From positions 60,760,001 to 60,824,000 of the forward strand of contig OX597814.1 of the NCBI GenBank assembly GCA_951406725.2: 64,000 nt of DNA, given 5' to 3'. Source of the DNA: Octopus vulgaris (Eukaryota). A program made the translations under genes and the position numbers. Positions 11,071-25,205 of the stretch are shown in pieces (position 1 is the first letter of the stretch; every line of letters starts with the position of its first letter). Below the pieces are notes generated by a model, which saw only the letters and a program-made list of their open reading frames with translations, did not search any database and had not been told where the DNA came from.

Positions 11071-13359
11071 TTACGTCTACACCTATGATTATATATGAAC
11101 ATAATCCTCATCATCATTTTAGTATCCATTTTACCATGGCTCAAAAGAAATTCATTGAGATCTATTTTGCATGGCTGGATGCTTTCCTTGTTTCTAAACA
11201 GTAGTAGAGTGTTCCTACAGTCAGACATGTTCTCAACAAAAGCTCAGAAACAAATGACATCCTTTATATGATGGTGACACCTGTTTCAGCACAAGAGACA
11301 GACAGACACACCCATTCATATATGCATATCTACAGCATAAACGTACATTCTTGTAAAAGCATGTTGAATGTACATGTCACTTGTAGTTGTTATTTGTTGC
11401 TTTGAAAACAACATACATTATCAAACCCCACCTTTTTAATACCTTATGTAAGCAGGCATCCAACAGCCACATTACATATGCATGCAAAATATGCATCCTA
11501 TCTGTGCATGCTGCATATACAGAGATGTATGCATATAGTTTCACATACATGTTCATTGAATTATAATCACACAGAATGTAGATATACACACGCATTTATA
11601 CAAGGGATTATACTTAATACCAAACACACACACAAAATGAGCACAACACACAAAAACATATATACATACATGAAATGTGCACAAGCACAAAAGCACACAC
11701 ACACACACACACACACATACATGACATGTGCAGAACACACAAAAATACATACACACATACATGCACAAAAATAAAGAAGCATACATGAAACAATTAATTC
11801 TCCCTTTCTCTCTCTCTTCTGTCTCCTACACACACATATACACACACAAGCAATATTTAAAATCAATCACAAATGTACGTACACACACACACACACACAC
11901 ACACATAGCTGTGAGCACAGTCATTTGCATGCAGTGTACACCTGTGCACATGAACACTTCACACAAATACACACAAAGAATTAAAGTTTAGAATGAGTTT
12001 CGCAAACAGAAATGTACAAATAGATGCGCACGCGCGTGAGCACACACACACACTCATGCAGACACACACAAGCATACATGCACACACACATACATACATG
12101 CAATTGCAAAATAATTTTTTTAAATGACATTTAAAGTCATATGTCACAACCGAACACACACACACCAACAACACAGCAACAATGACAATAGCAATAACAA
12201 CAACAGGCACACCTATAAATACATACAGAGAAAATAGTTTGAAAATCAGTCACAAAAACAAAAATGCATATATTCTCACACAAATACAAGCACACATACA
12301 CATAATTACACACACACACTGTATTCTCATTTGATAATTTGTAAATATTCTTTTTTTATTTGCTACAGAATCTACTCATTGCTGTGCCTGTCTCTGTATA
12401 TATGGAGTTGGAATAAAAGTGAGTCTGAATACAACATGGGTGATGGATGAGAGTTACTTAGCTTTGCTTCATTTAGTTTCAGTGTAACTCTCTCAGCATT
12501 GTCTTCGATTGGCAGAGAGAACAATTGAGCAAGGCATTAATGGATTCCTGAACTGTGTTGAGTGAATCAGGTATGTTGAATGACACAGAGCAAAACAAAG
12601 AACCTCACTACAATGTAACATATAGAGGGCGAGAGGGAGAGAGGGCAGAGGACAGAGCAGGAGGAAAATTGATAATGAAGATTGGGAAAGAGAGAGAAGG
12701 TAGTATTGATAAAGAAGGATAAGAAAGAAGGTGAGATAGAGTAAAAGAGGAGTGACAGAGAGTGATGGGATGGGAAGTGTGCGTTGATAAAGGATAAGAA
12801 AAAGAGAGGAAGAGATGGAGAGAGAAAGAAAACAGAAACAATACTGAGAGAAAATAGTGATAGTAGACAGAGAGAGTAGTGAAAGTGAAAGTAAAAAAGT
12901 GAGGGATGAGTGAGTGAAAGAGTGTTGAGAGAAGGAGTATGTGTTTGTATGTTTGTGTGATAATGATAATCAGATATCAATTCCCTTAATAGCTCTCTCT
13001 CTCTCTCAGTCATGCATTCACATTCACTCACTTTCCTCTCCTCTCCTTCCCTCACTCTTATCAAACTCAGAGAGAAGTAAGGAAGGAAGACATGTAAAAT
13101 AAAGAGGAGGAAAGTAAAAAAAAAAAAAAAAAAAAAAAAAGGTAAAGCGAATAGATAGAGGAAAGATTTCAGCTTTTACTTCTGCTTGCAACTGACAGAT
13201 GATAATTTTGAATGTGTTAAAATATGTACTACACTGCTTTATATGTAATGATGTCGTTGTTGCTGCTGCTGTTGTCATTGCATAGCCCCAGGTTAGCCCT
13301 GACCAAACAGACTACATAAAGACAATATAGAAACGACTATCCAATGTTCTTTTGTTACC

Positions 13360-13765
13360 TTTAACCTTTTACTTGTTTCAGTCATTAGACTGTAGCAATG
13401 CTGGAGTACCACCTTGAGGAATTCTTTGTTGAATGAATTGACCCCAAGACTCATTCTTTTTGTTTTTAAAGCTTGGTACTTATTTTATTGCTCTCTTTTG
13501 CTGAACTGCTAGGTTACAGGGATGCAAAACAGACCAACACTGGTTGTGAAGCAGGAGTGGGGGAGACAAACACATACACAAAGACACACACACATATATA
13601 CAGATACATATATGACACTGACACAAAGACACACACAGATACATAAATGTAAATAAATATATTATGGGCTTCTTTCAGTTTTCATCTACCAAATCCACTC
13701 ACACAGCTTTGGTTGGCCTGAGGCTATAGTAGGTGTCACACAGTGGGACTGAACCCAGAATCACG
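13360..13765 (-). mobile_element. tRNA-derived SINE, family A
   Basis: Same reverse-complement family A blocks (ttttacttgtttcagtcatt ... cagtgggactgaacccagaa). Confidence 0.8.
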
Positions 13766-13863
13766 TTTGCTTGTTTGTTTTTCTTGAGAGTGAAATTCAG
13801 ATATAATGTATCAAAGACTATATAGAAGGCATATGGCTCAGTGGTTAGGGTATTCAGCTCATG

Positions 13864-14468
13864 ATTCTTTTGGTGAATCACCGCCCAAGTTTTTTTTTTA
13901 ATTTGTTTGGACTGAGATTCATTATCGGAGGAACCGCACGCATGCGCAAACACAGGCACACATGTGCAAACACGCACACACACACACACGCAGCATAGAC
14001 ATGATTTTTTGATGGCCATGTTCTAACCCGAGCCACAGCAACAAAGTCCACCTGCTACACTTCTTGATCTATCATCACTGCCTCAAGGTCCTGGATACAT
14101 TCCAAGTCACTGTGATTGACATTTTCCTCTTCTGATCACCATGAATTGGCTTCCACAAGACTAATTTGAATGTTTCCAACTCAGGGTGGTGTACACAGTG
14201 TCCAGTTAGTCACAGATGTCTTTGCCTGATCTTCTTGCTAACTTTCTGCAGGTCTCCATAAAGGCATCATTTGCCATATGTTGCTGGCATTTCACATTTA
14301 GGGCTATTCATGGAAGTGTGGAATTATGATCTACTCTGATGGTGACCTTGGAATCAACTCTGATGGTGACCTTGTGTGTGTGCGTATGGTTCCTCCGATA
14401 ATGAATCTCAGTCCAGACAAATTTTTAAAAAAAGAAGAAAAACTTGGGCAGTGATTCATCAAAAGAAT
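13864..14468. mobile_element. Element bounded by ~80-bp inverted repeats (MITE/fold-back-like)
   Basis: attcttttggtgaatcaccgcccaagtttt...ggactgagattcattatcggaggaacc is mirrored by ggttcctccgataatgaatctcagtcc...aaaacttgggcagtgattcatcaaaagaat. No clear TSD. Confidence 0.75.
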
Positions 14469-15861
14469 TTACCTTGTTTCTCCCTTGTTTAGAATTGTAG
14501 CATCAACAGGGATTCTTTAGCTTTAAATGGAAAGAGCAAGTAATCTCATGAGTGCCAATGGTATGAAAAAGGCACCCAGTGTACTCTATAAAGTGGTTGG
14601 TTTTAGGAAGGGCATTGGGCTATATAGAAGCCATGTCAAAGATGATATTGGAGCTCGCTGCAGTTCTGCAGCTCACTGGTTTCCGATCAAACCCTTCCAA
14701 CAGTGCCAGTATGGAAAGCGGATATTAAAAGATGATTACCCTTGATTGGTAATTTTTCCACTTGACCCCCAAAAGGGTGAAAGGCAATGTTCACCTTGCC
14801 AGGATTTTAACCCCAGAGTGCAAAGAGTAGGAACAAACACTATGAGATATTTCATCCAACTCTCTAACAACTCTGCTAATTTGCACAGGCAACAAAACAC
14901 ATACAATACATATTAAGGCAACACACATACACACATATAATATATATAAAGGCAACACAAAGACACACATACAGACACACATAACAGTTCCTACATCCAT
15001 CCCAATGAGGCAACTTCAATGCAATCACTCAAACTTCTAGAAATAGCACCAAACTCTCATCTAAATCACAGCATGCTATCTTCAAAAATAGGAAAGTCGC
15101 ATTGAATAATACAGTCTTGAAACATCTTTGACCATCGGTCCACTTGATCAGAGTAGACCTGGGGCTAAATAACAACACCAACAACACGAACCTTCAACAA
15201 ACAGGCACCCTCATAAGTTAGACTACTAAATATCATACAATACTGACATAATGTTAAACGCAAGGCTTGTCAACATGAATCTAACATCATGAATTTAGCC
15301 AATATTTCATATTGATTAAGCTATGTTAGTACTGTATAGCCGTTGTTGAGGACTACATCATAAAAAAATCTCATGAACAAAATCTTAAGCTGCATTATCA
15401 TTTAATACATAATAATATTATTGATATTCATGATGACTATCTGAAGAATTAATGTTTATTGAATAGGGATGAAGTATAACATTAAAATGTGGGGAGAATG
15501 TATGAATTTGGAATAATTATGCCTGCACCACAGACTTATGAAATGTAAGTGAAGTGGTCCCAATGCAGAGCAATGACTCACACCACCATAGTGTTGATTA
15601 TCATAAATATGATAATCAGGCATGGTAGCATGGTAATGATGATCACTCCACAACAATGTGGCTTCAGGTTTCATCCCACTGCATAGCACCTTAGGTAAAT
15701 GTTTCCTACTTTGGCCACAAGCTGACCAATGTCTTGTGAGTGAAATTTAGCAGATGGAAACTGTAAGGAACCATATACATAGACATGCATTCAGGTATCT
15801 ATCAATCTGTGTGTGTGTGTGTGTGTGTGCGAACACGCGTTTGTTTGTGTGTGAGTATACA

Positions 15862-16280
15862 TAGGAGTAGCAGTGTGGTAAGAAACTTGCTTTCTAACCA
15901 CATGGTTCCAAGTTCAGTCTCACTGCATGGCACCATGGACAAGTGTCTTCTACTATAGCCTCAAGCCAGCCAATGCCTTATGAGTGGATTTGGTAGGAGG
16001 AAACTGAAAGAAGCCCGTTGTATATATATGCATATATATATATATATATATATCTATGTGTGTGAGTCTTTGTGTCTGTGTTTTACCCCAACGACCACCA
16101 CTTGAAAACTGATGTTGGTGTGTTTATATCCTTGTAACTTAGCAGTTTGGCAATAGAGACTGATAGAATAAGTACCAGACTTCAAATATAAGTCCTGGGG
16201 TCAGTTCATTCAACTAAGTAAAAAATTCAAGGCAATGCCCCAGCATGGCCACAGTGTCATGGACTAAAACAAGTAAAAGG
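15862..16280 (+). mobile_element. tRNA-derived SINE, family A (near full length)
   Basis: Head gtgtggtaagaaacttgctttctaaccacatggttccaagttcagtctc through to tail aaacaagtaaaag. Confidence 0.88.
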
Positions 16281-16340
<60 letters not shown>

Positions 16341-16939
16341 GCACACACATACAGACATTATCAAGATGACTTAGCTCCTCATATTGCTTTTGTGGATGTG
16401 AAAGGATGTCCATCTCCTTGGACAATCAAAAGCAATGAAAATCAAGTTGGCATCTTTATTACAGAGAGAACTTAATCCCCATTGGCCAGTTCAGATTGTG
16501 TTGGTTTTACTAGATACAAGCACTCCACAAGTTAAATCAGGCAAGATATTAATATCACTTAGTCCTTGAGACTTATTTGGTGTTCCAGTGATATCAATCC
16601 TTAAGACATGGTGGCAGTGAGAAATGGCCTCCGTATTAGAGGGAGAGAGAGATGTTCAGTTATGGTCATGTGGATGTTGTGATAATTTAGTGACCACAGA
16701 CAGTAGGTGAAGATGCACCATGTGTTAAAGCAGGTTGAAGGCTAATGTCACTTAGTCACCAGTGTGTGATATCTGGTGCTGATGTGTACAGTGTGTATCC
16801 TGCATCTAGGAGCAGCTGGAATGAGGGTGGTAATCTTTGTGAGCAGCTTGGTATATTGGGATTATCAGAAGTCAATGGTTTGAAAGATGTCAAAAGTGCA
16901 TGACAGCAATATGAAATATGTGTCTATCAATGGATACTG

Positions 16940-17165
16940 CAGGCTACTGAAGCATGTGCAGCTTTTCAGGGAGGCAGAGTTGGCAGTTTTGAGCTCCAGG
17001 CAAATAAGGAAGGGACCTGTTGAGTATATTCCATTTGGTGTTGGGTAAGGTGCTACTATAGTCCTGGAATCTCTGGATAAAGTGGGACAAGGATGTGGAG
17101 ATTTCCCTGTCCCTATATCTGAAGAAGTAGAAATACATATGTTGTATCTTCCTTTGAATCACTGG
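16940..17165 (-). mobile_element. Penelope-like element remnant (GIY-YIG endonuclease C-terminal region)
   Basis: Translation FRYRDREISTSLSHFIQ...KWNILNRSLPYLPGAQNCQLCLPEKLHM fits the PLE pattern T.LS..IW...W.I....Y....C.LCL.EK. Confidence 0.65.
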
Positions 17166-17184
17166 CCATCATACCCATATATCA

Positions 17185-17400
17185 TCATTATCATCACTTA
17201 ATGTCTGTCTTCCATGCTGGCATGGTTTGGATGGTTTGATTAGAGTAAGGCCTGGGGCACACCAGGCTCCATTGTCTGTTTTGGCACAGTTTCTTCAGCT
17301 GGATGCCATTCCTAATACAACCACTCCATAGAGTGTACTGGGTGCTTTTAATGTGGCACCAGCACAAGTGCTTTTTATGTGACATCAGCACCAGCACCAG
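17185..17400 (-). mobile_element. SINE family B
   Basis: catcacttaatgtctgtcttccatgctggcatgg...gagtgtactgggtgcttttaatgtggcaccagcac. Confidence 0.8.
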
Positions 17401-18222
17401 ATATCTCAGTCCTTCAGAAGGCTCAGTGTCTTGAGATTAGCCTTCAATACTTCATCCTGAAATCAACTTTCAAGTGTCTTGTAATTGCATTGGGAGTTAT
17501 GAGGGTGGGCCTACAGACCATTTCAGCACTTGTAGATAGGAGTGTGGGATGGAAATTGGGTGGATGTATGCAATATTAGAAATGATGTAATCTAAACATG
17601 AGTAGTAGAGCATACCATAATGGAAACTGAAAAGTTCATGGCAGCTGTGGGCTCTACACAATCATTACGTAGTCACTTTCCTGCAAGACATAATGGCCAA
17701 ATGTATTTCAAACCCTAGGTAACCCTAAAAAAAGACAAAATACTTTTTGCTGGAAGGCATTTGAGTATATGTGGAACTAAACAATAACAATAGCAGCAGC
17801 AACAACAACAGGTACTAATACTTGATGGTTACTTGGCAGCAGTAAGAAGGACATTCAACTATAAAATATTTATTCCAATAATAGATAAACATCCAGATTT
17901 ACAACTGCAATTCCTACTCAGACAAAATTGTAAAAATCATCATTATTATTACCATTGTTACATCCATCTTTTCTATACAGGCAAGGGTTGATTGGGACTT
18001 ATTGAGGTAATATTCTAAAGTTGGATGCCTTTCCTGTTGCTAACATTTCTCCTTCAAGTAAAGTAATATTTATTCAGTTGGCCTTCACTGCTAATCTACA
18101 GGTCAGATTATTTGCAAGAGCCATAAACAAGCATCACCATTTTTGCTCAAACAATGTCAAAGTAAAGACAGTTGTACATTACAAATACACAAACACACAC
18201 ATAGACAGACACACACACACAG

Positions 18223-18278
<56 letters not shown>

Positions 18279-18402
18279 GATTTCCATCTAGTTTTTCTTT
18301 ACTAATTTCATTCACAAAGCACTGACCCACTTGAGGCTATTTTAGAAGACATTTGCCAAAGGGGCCACAGAATGGGATGGAACCTGAAACCACATATTCA
18401 TG

Positions 18403-18518
18403 AAACAGCTGTAACTGTAACTAAATATAATGTATCCAAAGAGACAATATGTAGGAGAGCCAAACAGCTGTAACTGTAACTAAATATAAGGTATCCAAAG
18501 AGACAATATGTAGGAGAG
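18403..18518. repeat. 59-bp-period tandem duplication
   Basis: aaacagctgtaactgtaactaaatataa(t/g)gtatccaaagagacaatatgtaggagag occurs at 18403 and 18462 with one mismatch. Confidence 0.95.
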
Positions 18519-20353
18519 AAGTTGTAATATGAGAGAGAAACCCAGGCTTGATAGAGAGGCTAATCAATTGTAATAAATCCCCAACTGAATTCCAAGTCTT
18601 GTGACAAATATAAAAATAACTGTTATTTAGCCCTAGGTCAAATTTGTTCCAGCAGACCTATAATAAGCTGTATTCCAGCTAAGCATATCCCATCCTTTTT
18701 TATATATCTAAGACCGCAATGTCCAGTGAGTACTTCCTCTTTTAATATGGTAGAGTGTGATTTGGAGAAGATTATCTGCTATTTCTAACAGGTCAACTAC
18801 AGAGAAGTTCCATCATGATTATACGAAGTTAACTGGAATCAGCAAATAGTGTTAATTTACTCACAGGGCAATTCAAATAATAATTTGCATAATTCACAAA
18901 CTAACAATCTAAAATAAGAATAAAACACCTCTGAACAATTTGTATTCATCGATAATAATGTCACTGAATTCGATTAAGTGAGGAAATTCAATGAGAAAAT
19001 ATTGTGAAAATACATTTAGTCTTGTAAACATAATGGTGTTAAAACGATAAAAAGCAGTACTGTCAAAGGAATGAAATCTACTAATGTCGTTCTTTCATGG
19101 TTTAACATACAATAACACATGAACAGCAGGTCATTGAATCATAGGAAGTATGGAGATTAATAAAGTAGGATATTTTTGTAAGATACAAGGAAAAGTATGA
19201 GGAAGGCTAAATTACCCAGACAGAAATAGTCAGTAATTAAGTATAGTCAAGTAATGAGAATGTCTTTCCCTAACAGGATTTAAAACCAAATAGAGCTTTA
19301 ATATATGGAGGAATCATAATCTTTTAATGTTTGGACAGTACTGCAATGGCTAATATGAAATAAAGGATCAAAGAAATAACAGACCTTCAACAAAATCACT
19401 AGTTATTAAACAAAATACACACATGCAATAAACGAAGGAGATTTGAAAATACCAACCTCAAACAATGAACCCAAACTTCAGCACTATAACATACAAAGAA
19501 CAATGCATGAGAGGTGAAATAGATTATATCACAAACAGCAGCCATAGAAGTCAGAAGTTAGATAAGTAAGATCTAAATAATATTACCATAACATCAAAGT
19601 TCTGAAAGTTAAGGTTCCTAGGTTGTACAGTTCAGCAATATTTCACAGAGTTGCACAGAGCTGCAATGCTGAGGTTATGTTTGAAAAGCAGATTATATAA
19701 TAACTCTGCAATAACGGCTGACTTACCAAACACAAAAGGAAACACAGGGATTAAATAAATGAATTAAAATTAAGAGGCGTTGAAGAATAGTGCCTACTCT
19801 GAAAATAGCACTGACAAATAAATACAAAGAGAGAATATAAATAGGTATTGAAGCAATACAACTAATTCTACCAGAAATAGACCATATGCACTACAAGGCA
19901 GCTTAATATGATATAGGACTATAAATGGGAAAAAAACTCAAAACAAAAGACAAACAATGAGGAAACAAACAAACAAAAAATAACATTGGAGAACAAAAAT
20001 AGCTGAGGAACACAAAAACAAAATGAAGGATTTATCAATATTAACAGATATCCAAAATCATTATTCCCAAGTAGAACTAAGATAGGAACTATAGTGTCAA
20101 AACAAAAATAGAAATACCAGATATTAGAGGGAAACAAATGATGGTTTATCTGAGAAGATAAACAATTTATATGCTGTTTCACATCTCTTTTCATACTAGT
20201 GTGAAAAGGAATGCTTTTATTTGAGTAGTTTTTTGTTTTTTGTTTTTTCTCCTCACAGTTGGATCAAGGGTCTCTTTGCAAAGAAAGCTTTAGATATAAG
20301 TATCACTGTGTGGTTAAGGATTTGGTTGACAGAAAGTGTGTGTGTGTGTGCAT

Positions 20354-20384
<31 letters not shown>

Positions 20385-20834
20385 GGTTTGTGCAAGTGTG
20401 TGTCAACTGTTTAACAACCAGTGTTGGTTTGTTTACATCCCCATAACTTAGTGGTAGTTCACCAAAATAGATCAACAGAATAAGTACAAGCAGTACTTAC
20501 AAAAAAGTAAGTAGTAGGGTTGATTTATTTGACTAAACTCTTCAAGGCAGTGCCCCAGCATGGCCAGAGACCAATAACTGAAATAAGTATATGATAAAAA
20601 TAAACTCAGCCACTGATCACCAATTTATGTCAGTCGAACATACCCAGAAGCAATAGTTGTAATGAAATTCAAACTAATAACCAGGGAATTGACAGTGCAG
20701 TAACTAAACCTCAGACATTAAAAGAAAAATTGAAAAAAGAAAAATAATTAATTTAGGAAAAATGAGAGACACCCCATTAAGGAATAAACACAAAATATAT
20801 TAATAGGCCAGAATCTTCAAGGACAAAACTTTAA

Positions 20835-21031
20835 TCTTTTAGCATTCAATTCAGCCATAACCAAGCTAAATATTATACCTGTTTTATGTTAATATTGACC
20901 ACATCCAATCTCTCAGACCTACTTTACAATAGCATTCTAGAAATATACAAACACACCATTGAAATTTTGAAGCTAGAAGACAAAATGTGATTCATTTGAA
21001 GCAATGACAAAGAAATCTGAATGCTAAAGGA
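20835..21031. mobile_element. TTAA-flanked MITE (piggyBac/Kolobok-type)
   Basis: TTAA|tcttttagcattca ... tgaatgctaaagga|TTAA; same family as 45426-45645. Confidence 0.75.
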
Positions 21032-22929
21032 TTAAAGAATTCCAGTAAAAAATAGGAAAAACAAGGATTATCACATAGATTAAAGCCATTAAATATATAA
21101 CAGAACCTACCAAAATAATTATGATCTGGACACAACACTAATAATAAAGAATAAGGAGGAGGAGAGTGGGGAAGCTGTAAAAACAGATCATATTCCCAAT
21201 GTTTGGCAAGTGGTATGAATGAATGAGGTTTAATCATAAATTTCAAATTTTGTCACAAAGCCAGCAATTTCAGGAGAGGTGGTAAGTTGATTAGATCAAC
21301 CCAGTGCTCAGCTTGTACTTTTTTAGTGACACTGAAAGGATGAAAGGCAATGTCTACCTAGGTGGAATTTGAACTCAGAACATAAATTTAGATAGCTAAA
21401 CAGAAAGGTGGGATGTTGACAGAATATCTATATACAAGAACACAGAACCAGCAGTCCACAGAAGGATGCTAGGAAGACAGGCAGTCAGGTGAACAAATAG
21501 TGAAATATAAGGAGTGATGGAAGAAACAGCAAAACAGAAAGAGGGTACAAATAAGAGACAAGAGGTGGGAAAAAAGAAGAAAGCTAGAACTCTAGGACAG
21601 AGAGAGTAACAAGGAGAGGCAACATGATAAAAAATTAAGTGAGTAAATGACAGAAAATGATAACGACAAAAAGAGAAAGAATGGGAGAGATTTATAAATG
21701 ATATTAAAGTGTGAAGAAGGAGAAATACATTGGGAAATAAAAAGAAATGAAGGCAGATTTCAACTGTGAGAAAGAAAGAGAAAAAAATTACCAAGAGAGA
21801 GAGTCAAAGAGAGGAAATAATGAGATATGTGAATAAATCAATGAAAATAATGAAGGAGTGATAGAATATGAATAAGGGAAGAGACAATGGCTCAAATATG
21901 CAAGAGGTAATTGGAAGTCATATGAAGAAACTCTCAGTCACAAAGAAATTGCTCTGTTTCAAACAGTAGGAAAAAAGATGACAATATCATAAGACAATTG
22001 CCCAGTATGAACAGAGAAATACAAAATGGAAAAAGGCAATTGCCTAATATGAACAGAGAAGTGCAAAATGGAAACAAGAAAAAGCAGAATCAAAACTCAA
22101 GGATAACTGGAAGAAAACAAAAGTAAACGCAACAGTAAAACAGAGCATGATTTAAAGTATAAATATTAAGAATTACTGAAAAGTGACTGAAATAAACTCT
22201 ATTGGTTTTGTCAGTTACTTTGCTAGTATATACATATAAAAATATATTTTAGTACACTGTATAAGTGGATACTAAGATTATCAAATATAATACAATGACA
22301 AAACACGAACAATACTGTGAAATCAATATGTGATGGCTTCAGAAGATGAGATGGTTACTATTTGTTTTTACTTTTTTAAATTTTTGTTTTTATAGAACCG
22401 TAAATGGCAGCCTGGACACTCCTATTGGTGTTATGGAAGCAACCAGTAAATAAAGATAGTCTACAAGTTTCTAGAATACTAAAGACATTTAAAAGAAAGC
22501 AATAAAATATTAATATAATAACAAATTATGATAATGTCATACATATCTCAAGAAAGGAAATGAATATATTTCCTCGATATTACTGGCTTTTAAAGTTCAT
22601 CTCTGAGATACTGATTAACTCTTGGATAGCTATCTATCTCATCTCATCTAACTATTCAATATATGAATGTGAATGACGGTGATAAAATTCTGGTGTTTGA
22701 GAAACTTTATCTGAATGGGAAAACAATAAAGAATTGAAATTGATTAAAAACAAGTAGAATGGAAAATAACATTCTTGCAATAAAAGTGGTTTTAAACAGC
22801 ATCAGATAAAAACCGAGGTAAAAATATGGAAGAAAAAATGCTACATATTGTTGATCATGTTTGGGAATTTTTTTTTTTTTTTTGCTTATCAAAAATGTTC
22901 GAGCTAAGGCCATCTTTTATCTTTTTATG

Positions 22930-23290
22930 TTTTTACTTGTTTTTGTCACTGGATTGTGGCCATGCTGGAGCACTACTCTGAAGAGTTTAATTAAGCCTAT
23001 CAACCTTAGTACTTACATTTTTAAAAGTTTGGTACTTATTTTAGCAATATCTTTTGCTGAAGTGGTGTGTTGCAAGAATGTAAACAAACCAGCACCAATT
23101 GTCAAGCAGTGGGGAGGAGAAACAAATACAAACACATACACATTATGTACAATCCATTTCTACACACTTTCCATATACGAAACCTACTGATAAGGCATTG
23201 ATAGGCCAAAGGTTGTAGTAGAAGACACTTGTCCAAGATGCCATGCAGTGGGACTGAACCCATAATAATGTGGTTGCAAATCAAGCTTCA
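22930..23290 (-). mobile_element. tRNA-derived SINE, family A
   Basis: Reverse-complement family A blocks (ggccatgctggagcac ... gtagaagacacttgtccaag ... gggactgaaccc). Confidence 0.8.
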
Positions 23291-24869
23291 TGAGAGAGAG
23301 AGAGAGGATTCTGCACAGTTTTCTCTACTAAAGCTATGAGGTAATGCATGATTAATTCAAAACAATAGGAATAAACAAGTATTATATTTGAGAGAAAAAT
23401 TTGGATGTTAAAGGGTTAAGTCTATAGTAAGAGGCACTTGTCTTCATTGAAAATGAACATGGAACCACAGTCTTATGGAGTAAACCTCTTCCTTATCCAC
23501 ACAACCATGCCTCTGCCTATATACACAGACAATTTGTTTTTGTTTGTCTAAGTGCTATTCATATTTTCAGGGATATATCATCTGCAGAACTTCCTAGCAA
23601 AGAAGTGAAGTACACAGATTTATATAGCACTAAAAAAAGCAAGTAATTTATTTTCATTAAATATATTTCTGATAAATTCCATTTATCTCCTGATCAGTCA
23701 ATATATAGATTTTTGTTTCTAGTTCTCTCTTTAACAAAGGCCGAAAATATAGCTGTATCTACTTAATATTATTTGCTTGCCATTAATTGGATAGCTAATG
23801 GTAGAACACTGGACCAAATGTCTTGCAATATTTCATCATGTTCTTTTATGCTTCATGTTCAAACCTAGCTAGAATCAACTTTGTTTACAATCTTGATGGA
23901 TTGATAAGATAAGTAGCAGTCAAGCATTGACATTGATTAAATCACACAAACACTTTTCCCTCAAAAAATGTTTGTCTGGTGCCTGTTTTCCATCCAACCA
24001 TCTTTTCCACTCACCATTCTTGTGAGGGCCAATGGGGACAATAGAGTCCCCAAGCACTTCCTCTATGGGATCCTATCTGAGGCAACTGTCATTACACTTT
24101 CCAACTGGATTCCCAAGTGTGACTAACTGAGACTATGGATATTATCTAACCATTTCATTCTTGGTCTATTCCTCATTCTCTGGCCAGGTGGCCCAGCTTG
24201 AAGAATCCACCTTGTGATATTCTATTCACATATACATAGTACCAGAGCTCGGACCTCTCAATATGAAGAAACTCTCATATCTCCAAGCTACACACCCTGT
24301 CGAGTAATGTTACTCCAGAGATCCTTTGGAGGAACCCCAGTTTGGCTCCTTGTATTCACAATTGTACTCTTTTAGTTATTACTCACCATTCATGATCAGA
24401 TGTGAGAACATGCAGAAAAGCCAAACTGAAGATAGCAAACAAAAGTTTGGTAACCCAGCACTTCAACATTGCGAAAATAAGGTATAACACACTTTACTTG
24501 AAAACAAATAAGATTTGGTCTTGTCCAACCCATGCCAGCAAGGAGATAACTGATGTAAAAATGAGAAAATGAGGCTGACTGATATCTATTGAAATATCCA
24601 TTTTTACATCTGTGTAGGTGAATATGTTTTCTTATTGTTGCATTTTTGGTAATAAATAATCAAATTTAGAGTTACAGTCTTGGAAAGATATGTTCATTAA
24701 TGTTGATTCATGAAAGTGAAATAATGATTTCTAAAACAGTATTTGGTCCTTAGCAGAGTAACACTTTGGGATTTCATCTTGAGCCAATGAAACAACATCT
24801 ATGTGGTCCCTCAATCTACTAGAAATAGCAGCTAGGTCTCCCCTAAATCACACTCTACTAGCTTAAATA

Positions 24870-25205
24870 TAGTCCAGGGTTCAATGGTTAGAGTATTGGG
24901 CTCGCAATCATGAGGTAGTGAGTTTGATTCCCAGACCAGGCTGTATGTTGTGCTCTTGAGCAAGACACTTCATTTCATGTTGCTCCAGTTCACGCAGCTG
25001 TAGAAATAAGTTCTACATGATTGGTGCCAAGCTGTATCAGTTTTTGTCTTTCTCTTGAATAACATCAGTGATGTGGAAAGGGGAGGCTGGTATGCATGGG
25101 TGACAGCTGATCTTCCATAAACAACCTTGCCCAGACTTATGCTTTGGAGGGTCACTCTCTAGGTGCAATTGCATGGTCATCCATGACTGAAGGAGGTCCT
25201 TCTTC
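24870..25205 (+). mobile_element. tRNA-derived SINE, family C
   Basis: Head ggttcaatggttagagtattgggctcgcaatcatgaggtagtgagtttgattccc and core gtgctcttgagcaagacactt. Related copies at 36160-36410 (-), 48686-48983 (+) and 60530-60855 (-). Confidence 0.82.

Noticed and set aside
11377-12319. Many overlapping ORFs rich in CV/HT/IY dipeptides (also at 4161-4861, 46105-46578, 52945-53208 and elsewhere)
   Set aside because: They are translations of (CA)n/(TA)n microsatellites with no protein-like complexity.
12567-13064. 165-aa hydrophobic ORF on the minus strand (similar cases at 21396-21794 and 2477-2668)
   Set aside because: It arises from GA-rich low-complexity sequence and has no recognisable domain or splice support.
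18865-18908. Minus-strand segment with ttttag| and |gtgagt sites (LLVCELCKLLFELP)
   Set aside because: Joining it to the UBA exon creates TGA, and there is no independent support for it as an exon.
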